Positions 1-11,421 of a stretch of 64,000 nucleotides of DNA are shown piece after piece; the stretch's first letter is position 1, and each line of letters begins with the position of its first letter. Location of the stretch: NCBI GenBank assembly GCA_963788395.1, contig CAWBGV010000031.1, forward strand, positions 73,094 to 137,093, read 5' to 3'. The notes beneath the pieces are model-generated. The model worked only from the letters and a program-made list of their open reading frames with translations, had not been told where the DNA came from and ran no database searches. The position numbers and the translations under genes are program-made. The DNA is from Candidatus Doudnabacteria bacterium. GTDB taxonomy: Bacteria; Patescibacteriota; Doudnabacteria; UBA920.

Positions 1-2
1 CC

Positions 3-362
3 AAAAATGATCCGGCCGCGGGAGCGGCTAAAATTTCGATTGTCGAAAAACCCTGGGGGTTCGAAATCTGGCTGGCTTATACCGACCATTACGCCATGAA
101 ATTTTTAATAGTCAACCAGGGTAAGCGTTTTTCATTACAAAAACACCAGCAGAAGGAAGAAAGCTGGTTAATTCAGGCCGGCCACCCCGAAATCTTTTTG
201 AACAATCAAACAATTCAAGCCAGCCCCGGAGATGCATTTCATACGCCGGCCGGAACCGTGCATCGGGTAACCGCGGCTAAAGACGACGTGGTTATTTTAG
301 AAGTTTCAACTGCCGAACTTAACGATGTAGTCCGGTTGGAAGATGATTTTGGCCGCAATTAA
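3..362 (+). CDS. Cupin-domain protein (mannose-6-phosphate isomerase type II C-terminal-like), 5' end outside window
   Basis: Frame open from window start: EKPWGFEIW...KRFSLQKHQQKEESW...FHTPAGTVHR...LEVST..DVVRLEDDFGR, typical cupin motifs. Confidence 0.8.
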   Translation, partial: KNDPAAGAAKISIVEKPWGFEIWLAYTDHYAMKFLIVNQGKRFSLQKHQQKEESWLIQAGHPEIFLNNQTIQASPGDAFHTPAGTVHRVTAAKDDVVILEVSTAELNDVVRLEDDFGRN

Positions 363-1141
363 TCAAGATCAAGTTTTTGAACCTCGGTCAGTAATTTTTT
401 ATGCAACCCGCTGCCGCTGGCCAGCAGGTTTTTTGATTCTAAGGTAAAAGGCTGGCCGTCCCAGGTCGTGGCTTTGCCGCCGGCTTCGGTAACCACCAGG
501 CCGGCCGCGCCTACGTCCCAAATGTTGACGCTGGCCTGGATAAAATAATCGTACGTGCCGTCTGCCACCAAACAGGTTTCCCAGGCCGAGCTTCCCAGCG
601 TGCGGGTTTTTTTCATTTTGGTCACGAATACCGGCAGAATTGTGGCTGCAGATTTAGTATTTCTGCCCCAGCCTACGCCGCCGTAGGATTGCTCCAAAGC
701 AACTACAGAAGATGCCTTGATTTTTTGAGCATTTTTATAGGCGCCGCGGCCCCGAACCGCATGGTAGGTAACAGCGGTGGCCGGATTGTACACTACTCCC
801 ACGAGCGGTCCCTGATTATCCCACAGCGCAATGGAAATACAGCATAGGGGTAAGCCTTGGATAAAATTGGTCGTACCGTCGATCGGGTCAATAATCCAAA
901 ACCAGTCTTGGTCCTTTATGGATTTATCCCATCCGCCTTCTTCACCGATAATTTTGTGCGTGGGAAAGTGTTGCAAGATCCGCCGCCTGATCAATTTTTC
1001 TATCCGAACGTCAACTTCCGTGACTAAATCCCGCGGGTTGCCGCCTTTGGATTTTATGTGTTTGGGTTTTCCAAAATTTTGGCGGAATGTTTTGCCGCCT
1101 TCCCGGGCGGCTTTCAAGGCAACAGTCAGGTATTGGTCCAT
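359..1141 (-). CDS. suhB: Inositol monophosphatase family protein
   Basis: DLVTEVD, IIGEE, WIIDPIDGTTNF and WDVGAAGLVVTEAGG motifs. Confidence 0.9.
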   Translation of the reverse strand: MDQYLTVALKAAREGGKTFRQNFGKPKHIKSKGGNPRDLVTEVDVRIEKLIRRRILQHFPTHKIIGEEGGWDKSIKDQDWFWIIDPIDGTTNFIQGLPLCCISIALWDNQGPLVGVVYNPATAVTYHAVRGRGAYKNAQKIKASSVVALEQSYGGVGWGRNTKSAATILPVFVTKMKKTRTLGSSAWETCLVADGTYDYFIQASVNIWDVGAAGLVVTEAGGKATTWDGQPFTLESKNLLASGSGLHKKLLTEVQKLDLD

Positions 1142-1180
1142 GAGGATTGGTGGTATAATTAGTCTAGTTTCGAAAACCGC

Positions 1181-1250
1181 TATAAATCGAATCTACGAAT
1201 AACTGCGAATCCACGACTAGAAAGCACTGGATTCGTAGATTCGATTTATA
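1181..1250. repeat. Perfect 20-bp inverted repeat with internal ~8-nt periodicity
   Basis: tataaatcgaatctacgaat (1181-1200) / attcgtagattcgatttata (1231-1250). Confidence 0.9.
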
Positions 1251-1262
1251 TCCGCTCCCCCC

Positions 1263-2528
1263 ATGAGAATCATAGCAGACCTGCAAATTCATTCCAAATA
1301 TTCGCGCGCTTGTTCGCAAGATCTGGTCCCTAAAAATATTGCGGCCTGGGCGCACAAAAAAGGCATCGGGGTTATTGGTACCGGTGATTTTACGCATCCC
1401 CGCTGGCTGGCTCAGTTAAAAGAAGAACTGCAAGAAACTAAACCGGGCCTGTATCAATTAGTCGATAAAACTTCGCCGGTTGATTTTATGCTGACCGCGG
1501 AAGTATCGTCTATCTATAAACAGGATGATAAAGTCCGGCGCGTGCATAATATGATTTTCGCGCCCAACTTTGCGGCTGTTGATAGCATTGTCAGGGGATT
1601 GGAAAAGCAAAACGCCAATTTAAAAGCTGACGGCCGTCCTATAATGGGTATTCATTGCGATGAGCTGGTTAAAATCGTCAAAGAGGCGGACGAGCGCAAC
1701 GAAGTTATTCCCGCCCACGCCTGGACCCCGCACTTTGGATTATTTGGTTCACTATCGGGATTTAATACTATTGAGGAAGCGTTTGGCAGTCAGTCCAAGT
1801 ATATTTTTGCCATTGAAACGGGCCTGTCCAGCGACCCAAAAATGAACTGGCAAATTTCTAAGCTCGATAGCTTGTCGTTAGTTTCTAATTCCGACGCCCA
1901 CAGTCTGCGTAAAATCGGGCGCGAAGCCAATGCTTTTGAAATTGATCCCGAGCGACTGTCGTACAACGAAATTTTCAGAATTATTCGTGAAAAAAATCCG
2001 GCGGAATTTTTGTTCACCATCGAGTTTTTTCCGGAAGAAGGCAAGTACCATCTCGATGGCCATCGCGATTGTAAATTTTCTTGTCTGCCGGCGGAAACCA
2101 GGCGCCGGGGAGGGGTTTGCCCAGTATGTGGTAAAAAGTTATTGGTCGGTGTGTTAAGCCGGGTGGATGATTTGGCTGATAGAGAATGGGGGTTTGTGCC
2201 GCCGCGGGCGGTGCCGTTTAAAAACATTATTCCTTTAGAAGAAGTTATTGCCGACACGTTGGAGGTCGGGGCAGGCAGTAAAAAAGTGGCGGCACTCTAT
2301 GACAAAATGACCGTTCAAAAACCGGAGTTTGAAATTTTGCTTGATTTGCCTGAATCTGAACTTGCCACAATTGGTTCTTCTGACGTGGCGCGGGCAATTA
2401 TGCGGGTACGGGAAGGGAATGTCCACGTCGAAGGCGGCTACGACGGAGTCTTCGGCAAAATTCATATTTTTGAGGAAGCTGAACGGGAAAAATTATTCAA
2501 AAGGCCTAAACAAACGAGCCTTTTTTGA
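1263..2528 (+). CDS. Endonuclease Q family (PHP domain plus Zn finger) DNA-repair nuclease
   Basis: DLQIHSKYSRA, GTGDFTHP, PAHAWTP, ETGLSSD, NSDAHS, GKYHLDGHRDC, CPVCG, GYDGVFG; ends QTSLF. Confidence 0.85.
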   Translation: MRIIADLQIHSKYSRACSQDLVPKNIAAWAHKKGIGVIGTGDFTHPRWLAQLKEELQETKPGLYQLVDKTSPVDFMLTAEVSSIYKQDDKVRRVHNMIFAPNFAAVDSIVRGLEKQNANLKADGRPIMGIHCDELVKIVKEADERNEVIPAHAWTPHFGLFGSLSGFNTIEEAFGSQSKYIFAIETGLSSDPKMNWQISKLDSLSLVSNSDAHSLRKIGREANAFEIDPERLSYNEIFRIIREKNPAEFLFTIEFFPEEGKYHLDGHRDCKFSCLPAETRRRGGVCPVCGKKLLVGVLSRVDDLADREWGFVPPRAVPFKNIIPLEEVIADTLEVGAGSKKVAALYDKMTVQKPEFEILLDLPESELATIGSSDVARAIMRVREGNVHVEGGYDGVFGKIHIFEEAEREKLFKRPKQTSLF

Positions 2529-2613
2529 ACCAATTATAAAGACGCCAACGTAGCTCGGGCGTCTCTTGTAATTATTAACCTATGTGGTACACTATCCGGG
2601 AAAGGAGGCTTTT

Positions 2614-2793
2614 ATGATCGGAACGCTATGTTCTTGTCTTTTATTGGCGGCCATGCTGTTTGTGCTAGGCCATGGTCCTCACGAGTTCGTAGATGTTCGT
2701 CTGGCGAATATGGGTTGCGGATTTTTTTTGATCTTAGCCGCTATTTGCGGAGCTATCTGCGTCATCCTGTGGCCCTGGAAGAGAAAAATATGA
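2614..2793 (+). CDS. Small two-TM membrane protein
   Basis: AAGGAGG RBS before ATG 2614; two hydrophobic stretches and a basic C-terminus. Confidence 0.55.
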   Translation: MIGTLCSCLLLAAMLFVLGHGPHEFVDVRLANMGCGFFLILAAICGAICVILWPWKRKI

Positions 2794-2880
2794 TGCCGTG
2801 TCGGGCCGTAATCGCATAATTTCGGCTCCAAAGCAAGTTTTGAAACTGCTTCTAGTTCCCTCAGCTTTGCCGCCGGGGGA

Positions 2881-4149
2881 CTATTTTTTATACCAGACGA
2901 TAAAATCGGAAACATTGGCCTCGGTCGGTCCGGTAAAAATTAATTCATGCCCGAGTTTTTCAAAAAAATCATAGCCGTCAAAATTGGCTAAGTATTCCTG
3001 TAAGGGAAGTTCCATGGAGGTGGCTCGGTAGAGCGAAGTAGTATCCAAAATTACGCCGGCGCAGTCGGAATTATCTAATCCATCCGAAGCCATGGCGGCT
3101 ACCACATCGTTTTCGCCAAGGTAACGAAAAGCTTTCATGCCAAAATAACAATTGCGGCCGCCTTTACCGCCGGGTTTATCAACAATTAAATTAATCTCAC
3201 TGCCGCCCAGTATTACCGTTCCCGGTTTGGCGGCGGTAGATATTTTTTTTAGCGTTTCATCGGCTGTTTCAAATAATTCCGCCGACAAAATACTTGACTC
3301 CAGGTCCAGGTCTTTGGCGCACTGGGCCATGGCCTCCAGTGCGATCATGTTGGAAACTATAGGCACATTATGGACACGTTCAAACAATTTTGGATCCTTA
3401 GGTGTTTCGGTCAGAAAAAATTTTCCCAAAGAGTACTTATCTATAATCGCTTGAGCATCGGCAATGGTTGAAGCATCTAAATAAGTCGGGCCGCTGTCTA
3501 CAAAGTGGTAATTATTACCGGCTACATCGGAAAAAATTAAGCTAATGACCGTAGCCGGGTAGAGCATTTTTGCCAAACCGCCGCCCTTAACCTGCGAAAG
3601 GTGTTTGCGAACCGTATTAAGGCCTTTAATATCATCGCCGGTTCTTAAATAATTTTGATACAACCGCACGCCCTGTTCGCGTTCATCGTCCGTCCAGCAC
3701 AACAGGGCGCTGCCGCCGCCGGAAATTAAATTAATCACCAGATCATCTTCGGTGATATCAGCAATCAGAGCAGCCATTTTGTTGGCTATAGCCACATTTT
3801 GCTCGGAGGGCAGCGGGTGTGTTCCAATAAACGTTTGGATAATTTTAGTCGGCGCTGCGGTAATGCCAATAGCTACGCCGGCGGTAATTTTGTCACCCAA
3901 AATATGTTCCAGGACCAGCGCCGCCCGTCCGGAGGCCTTGCCAAAGGCCAGGACAAAAAGGCGTTTAAACCGACTCAGGTCAAACGTTTCGCCTTTGACG
4001 GTCAGGGTCTTGCCATTGAGCTGGACTGAAGATTGCAGCACCATTTTGGTATCTATGGCGTTATACCCCGCTTCGACAATTTTTAAAACCGTTTCCCGTT
4101 CCGGCGTGGTGGCAACAGCTTGAATATTCTGTATCCAGGTTTTTAGCAT
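2881..4149 (-). CDS. Glycerate 2-kinase (DUF4147/MOFRL, TtuD-like)
   Basis: FGKAS, THPLP, LISGGGSAL, RKHLSQVKGGGLA, SDV, GKGGRN, SDGLD, TGPTEANVSD. Confidence 0.9.
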   Translation of the reverse strand: MLKTWIQNIQAVATTPERETVLKIVEAGYNAIDTKMVLQSSVQLNGKTLTVKGETFDLSRFKRLFVLAFGKASGRAALVLEHILGDKITAGVAIGITAAPTKIIQTFIGTHPLPSEQNVAIANKMAALIADITEDDLVINLISGGGSALLCWTDDEREQGVRLYQNYLRTGDDIKGLNTVRKHLSQVKGGGLAKMLYPATVISLIFSDVAGNNYHFVDSGPTYLDASTIADAQAIIDKYSLGKFFLTETPKDPKLFERVHNVPIVSNMIALEAMAQCAKDLDLESSILSAELFETADETLKKISTAAKPGTVILGGSEINLIVDKPGGKGGRNCYFGMKAFRYLGENDVVAAMASDGLDNSDCAGVILDTTSLYRATSMELPLQEYLANFDGYDFFEKLGHELIFTGPTEANVSDFIVWYKK

Positions 4150-4154
4150 GAAAT

Positions 4155-5174
4155 TTATTTAACCAGATTTTTTATTTCGCCTTTCATGAATCCCGCAATA
4201 TTATCTACAGAGGTCTGCAATATTTCCCGTTTGGCTTCGGTTGAATAAAAGGCAATATGGGGAGTATAGGCCACCTGAGGTAAATCAATTAAAACATGGT
4301 CTTCCAACAGGGTCTTAATTTGTTCCTGATGAGCGGTTGGGTCGGCTAGCAGATGCCACTCATCCTGTAATTGATGTTCGCCTTCAATAACGTCCATACC
4401 CACCGCGGCTAATATGCCATGCTCAATGCCGTAAAGCACGGCTTCAGTCTCGGCGACTTCTCCGCGGGATGTATTAATCAGAATCGAGCCTTTTTTAAAT
4501 TGGGTTATATTTTGTTGGTTAATTAAATGGTGGGTATCTTTGTTGTAGGGGACGTGGAGCGTAACAATGTCGGATTGAGAAAGTAATTGTTCAAGCGGCA
4601 CATAGGTAAAGCCAAGTTTGGCGGCTGCTTCCTGGTTGGGGAAAGCATCAAAACCCAGCAATTTCATATCAAAGCCTTTAGCGATTTGGGCCACGTTCTG
4701 GCCAATTCGCCCGGTGCCGACAATGCCCAGAGTCTTGCCCTGTAAATTAAACCCTTCAAATTGTGAAATATCAAAATTATGGGTGTCTTTCATCTGGCGG
4801 TAGGCGCTTAATGCTTTGCGCGACAAGCCAAGCATAAGCGCAAAAGTATATTCTGCCACTGTCCGTGAACCGTAGGCGGGCACGGTGGCCACGGGAATGT
4901 GTTTCGACTGGGCATGAGCTAGATCAATGTGATCAAAACCCGTGGAGCGGGTTTCAATAAATTTAAGATTCGGCAGCGTATCTATAATTTCTTTAGTAAG
5001 CGGGGAATTAATAAACACCGAAATTGCTTCGGCGTCTGAAAATTGGGATGCGTTTTCCGCAGTTAATTTTTCGGGCAGGTACTTTGCCTGAGCAGCCGGC
5101 AGGTCGGCTTGGGCCACCAGTTCGGGCAGGACTGCTTGGTCTTCTTCGCTGCATTCAAAAAAATACAATACCAT
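4155..5174 (-). CDS. D-2-hydroxyacid dehydrogenase (D-lactate dehydrogenase-like)
   Basis: RSTGFDHID, VPAYG..TVAEY, GIVGTGRIG, LINTSRG, DVIEGE, TPHIAF. Confidence 0.9.
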   Translation of the reverse strand: MVLYFFECSEEDQAVLPELVAQADLPAAQAKYLPEKLTAENASQFSDAEAISVFINSPLTKEIIDTLPNLKFIETRSTGFDHIDLAHAQSKHIPVATVPAYGSRTVAEYTFALMLGLSRKALSAYRQMKDTHNFDISQFEGFNLQGKTLGIVGTGRIGQNVAQIAKGFDMKLLGFDAFPNQEAAAKLGFTYVPLEQLLSQSDIVTLHVPYNKDTHHLINQQNITQFKKGSILINTSRGEVAETEAVLYGIEHGILAAVGMDVIEGEHQLQDEWHLLADPTAHQEQIKTLLEDHVLIDLPQVAYTPHIAFYSTEAKREILQTSVDNIAGFMKGEIKNLVK

Positions 5175-5202
5175 AAAATAGGTCCTTTGTGGCCTCTGGG
5201 GC

Positions 5203-6463
<1,261 letters not shown>

Positions 6464-6563
6464 GTTCAAGAGTTTAATATACCTATATTTTAGCATTTTT
6501 TTATCTTTTCTTCAATAAATCTTCAGGTGGTATGTGCTATGGTGCTATTACTAAGTAAAATGT

Positions 6564-6875
6564 ATGGAAATAAATTTTTTTAATAGACGGACTCAGATTT
6601 TTTTTGAGTCTTTAGAATTGTCCGTACGGCCAAGAGTAGTAGGCACTTTCGAACTCCTGGAACACTTTGGGAATGCATTAGGCATGCCGCACAGTAAGGC
6701 CTTAGGGAGGGGATGATTTGAGCTGCGAATTGTAGGCGTGATCAATATTCGTTTTATATATACATTTTTTGGAGGAAAAATTTGGATACTGCACGGATTC
6801 GTTAAAAAAACAAACCGCACCGCGGATCGGGACACTGCATATGCAGGGAACCAACTCAAAATGCTCTTGCAATAA
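6564..6875 (+). pseudogene. HigB/RelE-like (phage gp49-like) toxin with in-frame TGA at 6714-6716
   Basis: Manual translation MEINFF...LGMPHSKALGRG*FELRI...IRFIY...ILHGFVKKTNRT...; directly upstream of an XRE antitoxin. Confidence 0.8.
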
Positions 6876-6901
6876 TATAACGTATGCGGTATACTGGTAA
6901 T

Positions 6902-7192
6902 ATGAAGAAATTAGATCGAAAACAATTCCAAACCTTCAGGCAAATCCATCGGAAATGGCAGAAAGGGAAAAAATACAAAAAAGCTTACCAGCAGCTTAAT
7001 TTAGAATTTAGCCTTATTGCCGCGCTTATAGAGTGCAGGCTGCAAAAAGGTCTGACCCAGAAGCAGCTTGCTGAGCGGGCCGGTACCCGACAGTCTTCCA
7101 TTGCCCGTTTCGAATCTGGTTCATACAACCCAACTTTGGCATTTGTCCAAAAACTTGCTACGGCCTTGGATGCCAAAATCAGGCTTGCATAA
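6902..7192 (+). CDS. XRE/HigA-like HTH antitoxin
   Basis: RLQKGLTQKQLAERAGTRQSSIARFESGSYNPTL; own TTGCAA-17-TATACT promoter 6 nt before ATG. Confidence 0.85.
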   Translation: MKKLDRKQFQTFRQIHRKWQKGKKYKKAYQQLNLEFSLIAALIECRLQKGLTQKQLAERAGTRQSSIARFESGSYNPTLAFVQKLATALDAKIRLA

Positions 7193-7231
7193 TAATAGTC
7201 TAAAAAGAGAAAAGTTGGTATACTATAGTAT

Positions 7232-8626
7232 ATGAAAAAGACAAAAATTATTTGTACGCTCGGTCCGGCTTCTCAGGACGTTAAAACTATAACCGAAATG
7301 GTCAAAAGCGGCATGAACGTGGCCCGGCTGAATTTTTCTCACGGCGACCACGAAAATCACCAGCTGCTCATTAACAATATCCGTAAGGTTTCCGCCAAAC
7401 TTGGCGTGCCGATCGCTATTATTCAAGATTTGCACGGCCCAAAAATTCGGGTCGGCAAAATGAAGCAACCCTTCATTCAGGTTAAAATTGGCCAACAAGT
7501 CGTGATTGGTGAAGATTTTATGCTCGATCTCGATGTTTTAAAATCCATCCGACCAAAACAGAAGATCTTAATCGAAGACGGTCTGATTGAGCTCGAAGTC
7601 GAGAAAGTCAAAGGAAAAAAAGTGTATTGCGTGGCGCTGAGCCCGGGCAAAATTTTGCCGAACAAAGGAATTAATTTACCCCGGACTAAATTGAAAATTC
7701 CAATTTTAGGGGAAAAAGATATCTTTGATTTAAAGTTTGGCTTGCAAAATGATGTAGATTACGTGGCTTTGTCGTTTGTCCGCACAAAACAAGACGTTAT
7801 ACGGTTGCGGGAATTGATTAAGAAGTATAACCCTAAAAACCTGACGCCGCCCAAGATTATTGCCAAAATTGAAAAACCCGAAGGAGTAGACCATTTTGAC
7901 GGCATTTTGCGCGAGACTGATGCGGTAATGGTAGCTCGCGGCGATTTAGGCGTGGAGATGCCGGAGTCGCAGGTGCCGATTATCCAAAAGACTATTATTC
8001 AAAAATGTTTAAACGCCGCCAAACCGGTAATTGTCGCAACTCAAATGCTGGATTCCATGATCCGCAACCCGCGGCCAACGCGCGCGGAAGTCAGCGATGT
8101 GGCGAATGCGGTTATCGACCAAGCCGACTGCGTTATGCTTTCGGGAGAGAGCGCGTTTGGCCGATATCCCATTAAAGCTGTTGCGCAAATGAATAAAATA
8201 ATCGAGACTACTGAAAAGTCATCTTTTTTGCCGCAACATAAACATTTGACCGATAAAGTTGTCAGCAAGACCGAAGCAATTGCCGAAACCGTTTTTGATT
8301 TAGCGTCTCATATTCACGCTAAGGTTATAGTCGGCGCCACCGAATCCGGCTTCACGGCTCAAGAAGTTATTCATAAGCGCCCCTATCAGGCGCGCGTGCT
8401 CATGCTCACCCCGCGTTTAAAAGTCCATCGTCAAATGTGCCTGCTCTGGGGCGTGGAAAGTTTTTTGGTTCCGGAGGTGGATAATTTTGAAGAGTTAATG
8501 CAGGTAATGTTAAGCACCGTTCGCAAAGCAAAATTGGCTAAAAAAGGAGACAAGGTGGTGGTTGTCACCGGCGAACCGCTGGGACAGCGGGAGAATTTGA
8601 ATCTGGTGGAGATAAAAACAATATAA
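7232..8626 (+). CDS. pyk: Pyruvate kinase
   Basis: KTKIICTLGPAS, ARLNFSHG, DLHGPKIR, IAKIE, MVARGDLGVE, ATQMLDSM..PRPTRAEVSDVANA. Confidence 0.97.
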   Translation: MKKTKIICTLGPASQDVKTITEMVKSGMNVARLNFSHGDHENHQLLINNIRKVSAKLGVPIAIIQDLHGPKIRVGKMKQPFIQVKIGQQVVIGEDFMLDLDVLKSIRPKQKILIEDGLIELEVEKVKGKKVYCVALSPGKILPNKGINLPRTKLKIPILGEKDIFDLKFGLQNDVDYVALSFVRTKQDVIRLRELIKKYNPKNLTPPKIIAKIEKPEGVDHFDGILRETDAVMVARGDLGVEMPESQVPIIQKTIIQKCLNAAKPVIVATQMLDSMIRNPRPTRAEVSDVANAVIDQADCVMLSGESAFGRYPIKAVAQMNKIIETTEKSSFLPQHKHLTDKVVSKTEAIAETVFDLASHIHAKVIVGATESGFTAQEVIHKRPYQARVLMLTPRLKVHRQMCLLWGVESFLVPEVDNFEELMQVMLSTVRKAKLAKKGDKVVVVTGEPLGQRENLNLVEIKTI

Positions 8627-8720
8627 ACTTTACGGATTACGGATTCAAACGAATATACTAATTACGAACAACCAAAGATTAGTAATTAGTATATTCGTAT
8701 AGATAAGTAATTCGTAAAGT
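8627..8720. repeat. Nested inverted repeat directly after the pyk stop
   Basis: acgaatatactaattac (8649-8665)/gtaattagtatattcgt (8682-8698) perfect 17 bp; outer actttacggattac/gtaattcgtaaagt 14 bp with one G-U. Confidence 0.9.
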
Positions 8721-8733
8721 CCCAGAAGCTCTA

Positions 8734-8766
8734 GAAGCTCGAACTTTAATACTTCGGGCTTTTTTA
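8734..8766 (+). terminator. Intrinsic terminator after pyk
   Basis: gaagctcgaa-loop-ttcgggcttt followed by T-run. Confidence 0.6.
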
Positions 8767-8867
8767 TGTCGAATTCGAAAAAAAATATATGACAAATTCG
8801 CTAATGAGCGCTATACTATAGACATAAAATAACATCAATTAGGAAATCAAAATTAAAAATCAATCAT

Positions 8868-11369
8868 ATGCCTAACGGGGGACAAAAAGAAAACGCATTT
8901 ATATTGTGGTTTGACGAGATATCAAAGGACGACATTCCGTACGTGGGCGGCAAGAACGCCAACTTGGGGGAAATGTACCAAAAGTTGACGAAAACGCCAA
9001 GCTCAATTTTTAAGGGAGAAAAAATTTCCGTCCCCTATGGTTTTGCGGTGACTGCTGCGTCGTACCGCTATTTTATTGCCGCTAATAAATTGGATGTTAA
9101 AATCAGCGATATTTTAAAAGATTTAAACACCAAAGACATTAAACAGCTGGAGGATTGCGGCCAAAAAGTACGGCAACTTATCTTAGCTGCCATCTTCCCC
9201 AAAGATTTAGAAGCCCAAATTCGCAGTGCCTATGTTAATTTGGCAACCAAGCTAAAGTTAGACGTGGCCGGGCTCGATGTGGCCGTCCGATCTTCCGCCA
9301 CTGCCGAAGACCTGCCCAATGCATCGTTTGCGGGCCAGCAGGAGTCGTACTTAAATATAAAAGGCGAGTACGCGCTCTTGGAAGCCATTAAAAAATGCTT
9401 TGCCTCGCTGTTTACTAATCGCGCTATATCGTATCGTGTTGACCAGCATTTTGACCATTTTAAAATTGCCCTCTCTGCCGCCGTTCAAAAAATGGTTCGT
9501 TCCGACCGCGGCGCCAGCGGGGTTATGTTTACGCTCGATACTGACAGCGGCTTCCGCGAAGTCGTCCTGATTAATGCGGCCTACGGTTTGGGTGAATTTG
9601 TCGTTAAGGGAGTGGTAACCCCAGATGAGTATATGGTCTTTAAGCCTACATTAAAACAAGGTTTCGCCTCTATTATTTCAAAACAGCTTGGTTCCAAAGA
9701 GAAAAAATTAATTTATGCCGGTGAGGGCATTAGCCCGACCAAAGAAGTCCCGGTGCCGGAGCATGATCGCCATCAATTCGTGTTGGATGACGCCAAAGTC
9801 CTACAGCTCTCGCGCTGGGGCGTAATTATTGAAGAGCACTATAATCGCCCAATGGATATAGAATGGGCGTATGACGGTACCACCAAGGAATTATTTATTG
9901 TCCAAGCCCGTCCGGAAACTGTCCAGGCCAGAAAAGATGGGACGATTTTGGAAGAATATGTGTTATTAGAAAAAGGTAAAGTAGTCTTAACCCACGGCGC
10001 CGCTGTTGGCGCGAAAATCGGCCAAGGAAAAGCGCATTATATTAAAGATGCTTCGCAGATTTCGGAATTTAACCAAGGCGAAGTTCTGGTTACGGAAATA
10101 ACCGATCCTGACTGGGAGCCGATTATGAAAATGGCTTCGGCTATTGTGACCAATGCCGGCGGCCGTACCAGCCACGCGGCCATAGTTTCGCGCGAACTCG
10201 GGATTCCGGCCGTCGTGGGCTGTGGCGACGCCACCAAAGTTATTTCGACCGGAATGCCCGTAACCGTCAGCTGTGCCGAAGGCGAGACCGGCAAAATCTA
10301 TCAAGGCATGCTTAAGTTTAAAGTCAATCGCCATGATTTAACTAATTTTCAGCAGCCGAAAACGGAAATTAAAATGATTGTGGCCGATCCGGAACTGGTG
10401 TTCGGGTATTCTTTTATTCCCAATCGCGGCGTGGGCTTGGCGCGGGAAGAATTTATCATTTCCAATTATATTAAAGTTCATCCGAACGCCCTGCTGCATT
10501 TTAACCAACTGAAAGATCCGGCAGTCAAAAAACAAATCGAAGACATTACGGTTGGGTACGAAAATAAACTCGATTTTTATGTCCACAAATTGGCTTACGG
10601 TATTGGAATTATAGCGGCTGCCTATTACCCGCACGAAGTAATTTTGCGCTTTTCCGATTTTAAAACCAACGAATATGCCAACCTCATCGGCGGTAAGGAT
10701 TTTGAGCCCAAAGAGGAAAATCCCATGATTGGCTGGCGCGGCGCTTCGCGATATTACGACGATAATTTTAAAGACGCGTTTGCCTTGGAGTGTCAGGCGG
10801 TTAAAAAAGTCCGCGAAGAAATGGGTTTGTGGAATTTAAAAACTATGATTCCGTTCTGTCGCACGCCGGAAGAGGGCGCCGCGGTGTTGCAAGAGATGGA
10901 GAAGAATGGACTCTCGCGGAAAAAAGCTTCAAAAAGTCAATTAGGAAAAATCAAACAAGATCCGAAAGCTAAAGCTCCAACCCTCAAGCCTGAGCTGGAA
11001 GTCTGGGTTATGGCCGAAATACCTTCCAATATATTGCAGGTGGAGGAGTTTGCTGCCTTGTTTGACGGATTTTCTATCGGCTCGAACGATTTAACCCAAC
11101 TGACATTGGGACTGGATCGCGACAGCAAATTAGTTGCGCACATCGGCAATGAACGCAATAAATCGGTGCTTATTCTGATCCATAATCTTATCCAGCGCGC
11201 TCACCAGGCCGGGCTGAAAGTCGGCATCTGCGGCCAGGGACCGTCGGATTTCCCGGACTTGGCGGAATTTTTGGTGCACGAGGGAATAGACTCGATTTCT
11301 CTTAATCCGGACACGGTGCTCAAAGCAACCCTTAATATTAAGGCGGTGGAAGAAAAAATGGGGAAGTAA
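8868..11369 (+). CDS. ppsA: Phosphoenolpyruvate synthase
   Basis: VGGKNANLGEM, AVRSSATAEDLP.ASFAGQQESY, GGRTSHAAIVSRELG (phospho-His), EENPMIGWRGASRY, FSIGSNDLTQL. Confidence 0.97.
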   Translation: MPNGGQKENAFILWFDEISKDDIPYVGGKNANLGEMYQKLTKTPSSIFKGEKISVPYGFAVTAASYRYFIAANKLDVKISDILKDLNTKDIKQLEDCGQKVRQLILAAIFPKDLEAQIRSAYVNLATKLKLDVAGLDVAVRSSATAEDLPNASFAGQQESYLNIKGEYALLEAIKKCFASLFTNRAISYRVDQHFDHFKIALSAAVQKMVRSDRGASGVMFTLDTDSGFREVVLINAAYGLGEFVVKGVVTPDEYMVFKPTLKQGFASIISKQLGSKEKKLIYAGEGISPTKEVPVPEHDRHQFVLDDAKVLQLSRWGVIIEEHYNRPMDIEWAYDGTTKELFIVQARPETVQARKDGTILEEYVLLEKGKVVLTHGAAVGAKIGQGKAHYIKDASQISEFNQGEVLVTEITDPDWEPIMKMASAIVTNAGGRTSHAAIVSRELGIPAVVGCGDATKVISTGMPVTVSCAEGETGKIYQGMLKFKVNRHDLTNFQQPKTEIKMIVADPELVFGYSFIPNRGVGLAREEFIISNYIKVHPNALLHFNQLKDPAVKKQIEDITVGYENKLDFYVHKLAYGIGIIAAAYYPHEVILRFSDFKTNEYANLIGGKDFEPKEENPMIGWRGASRYYDDNFKDAFALECQAVKKVREEMGLWNLKTMIPFCRTPEEGAAVLQEMEKNGLSRKKASKSQLGKIKQDPKAKAPTLKPELEVWVMAEIPSNILQVEEFAALFDGFSIGSNDLTQLTLGLDRDSKLVAHIGNERNKSVLILIHNLIQRAHQAGLKVGICGQGPSDFPDLAEFLVHEGIDSISLNPDTVLKATLNIKAVEEKMGK

Positions 11370-11372
11370 CTA

Positions 11373-11412
11373 AATAAGACCTATGGGACCAATTGGTCCT
11401 ATAGGTCTTATT
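11373..11412. repeat. Near-perfect 40-bp palindrome between convergent ppsA and glnII (possible bidirectional terminator)
   Basis: aataagacctatgggacc-aatt-ggtcctataggtcttatt. Confidence 0.8.
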
Positions 11413-11421
11413 GAAATTAGG

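Noticed and set aside
6714-6716. TGA recoding (genetic code 25) or selenocysteine
   Set aside because: TGA terminates conserved genes here (endoQ, padR, purD, purL, radC), and the aligned residue should be Leu.
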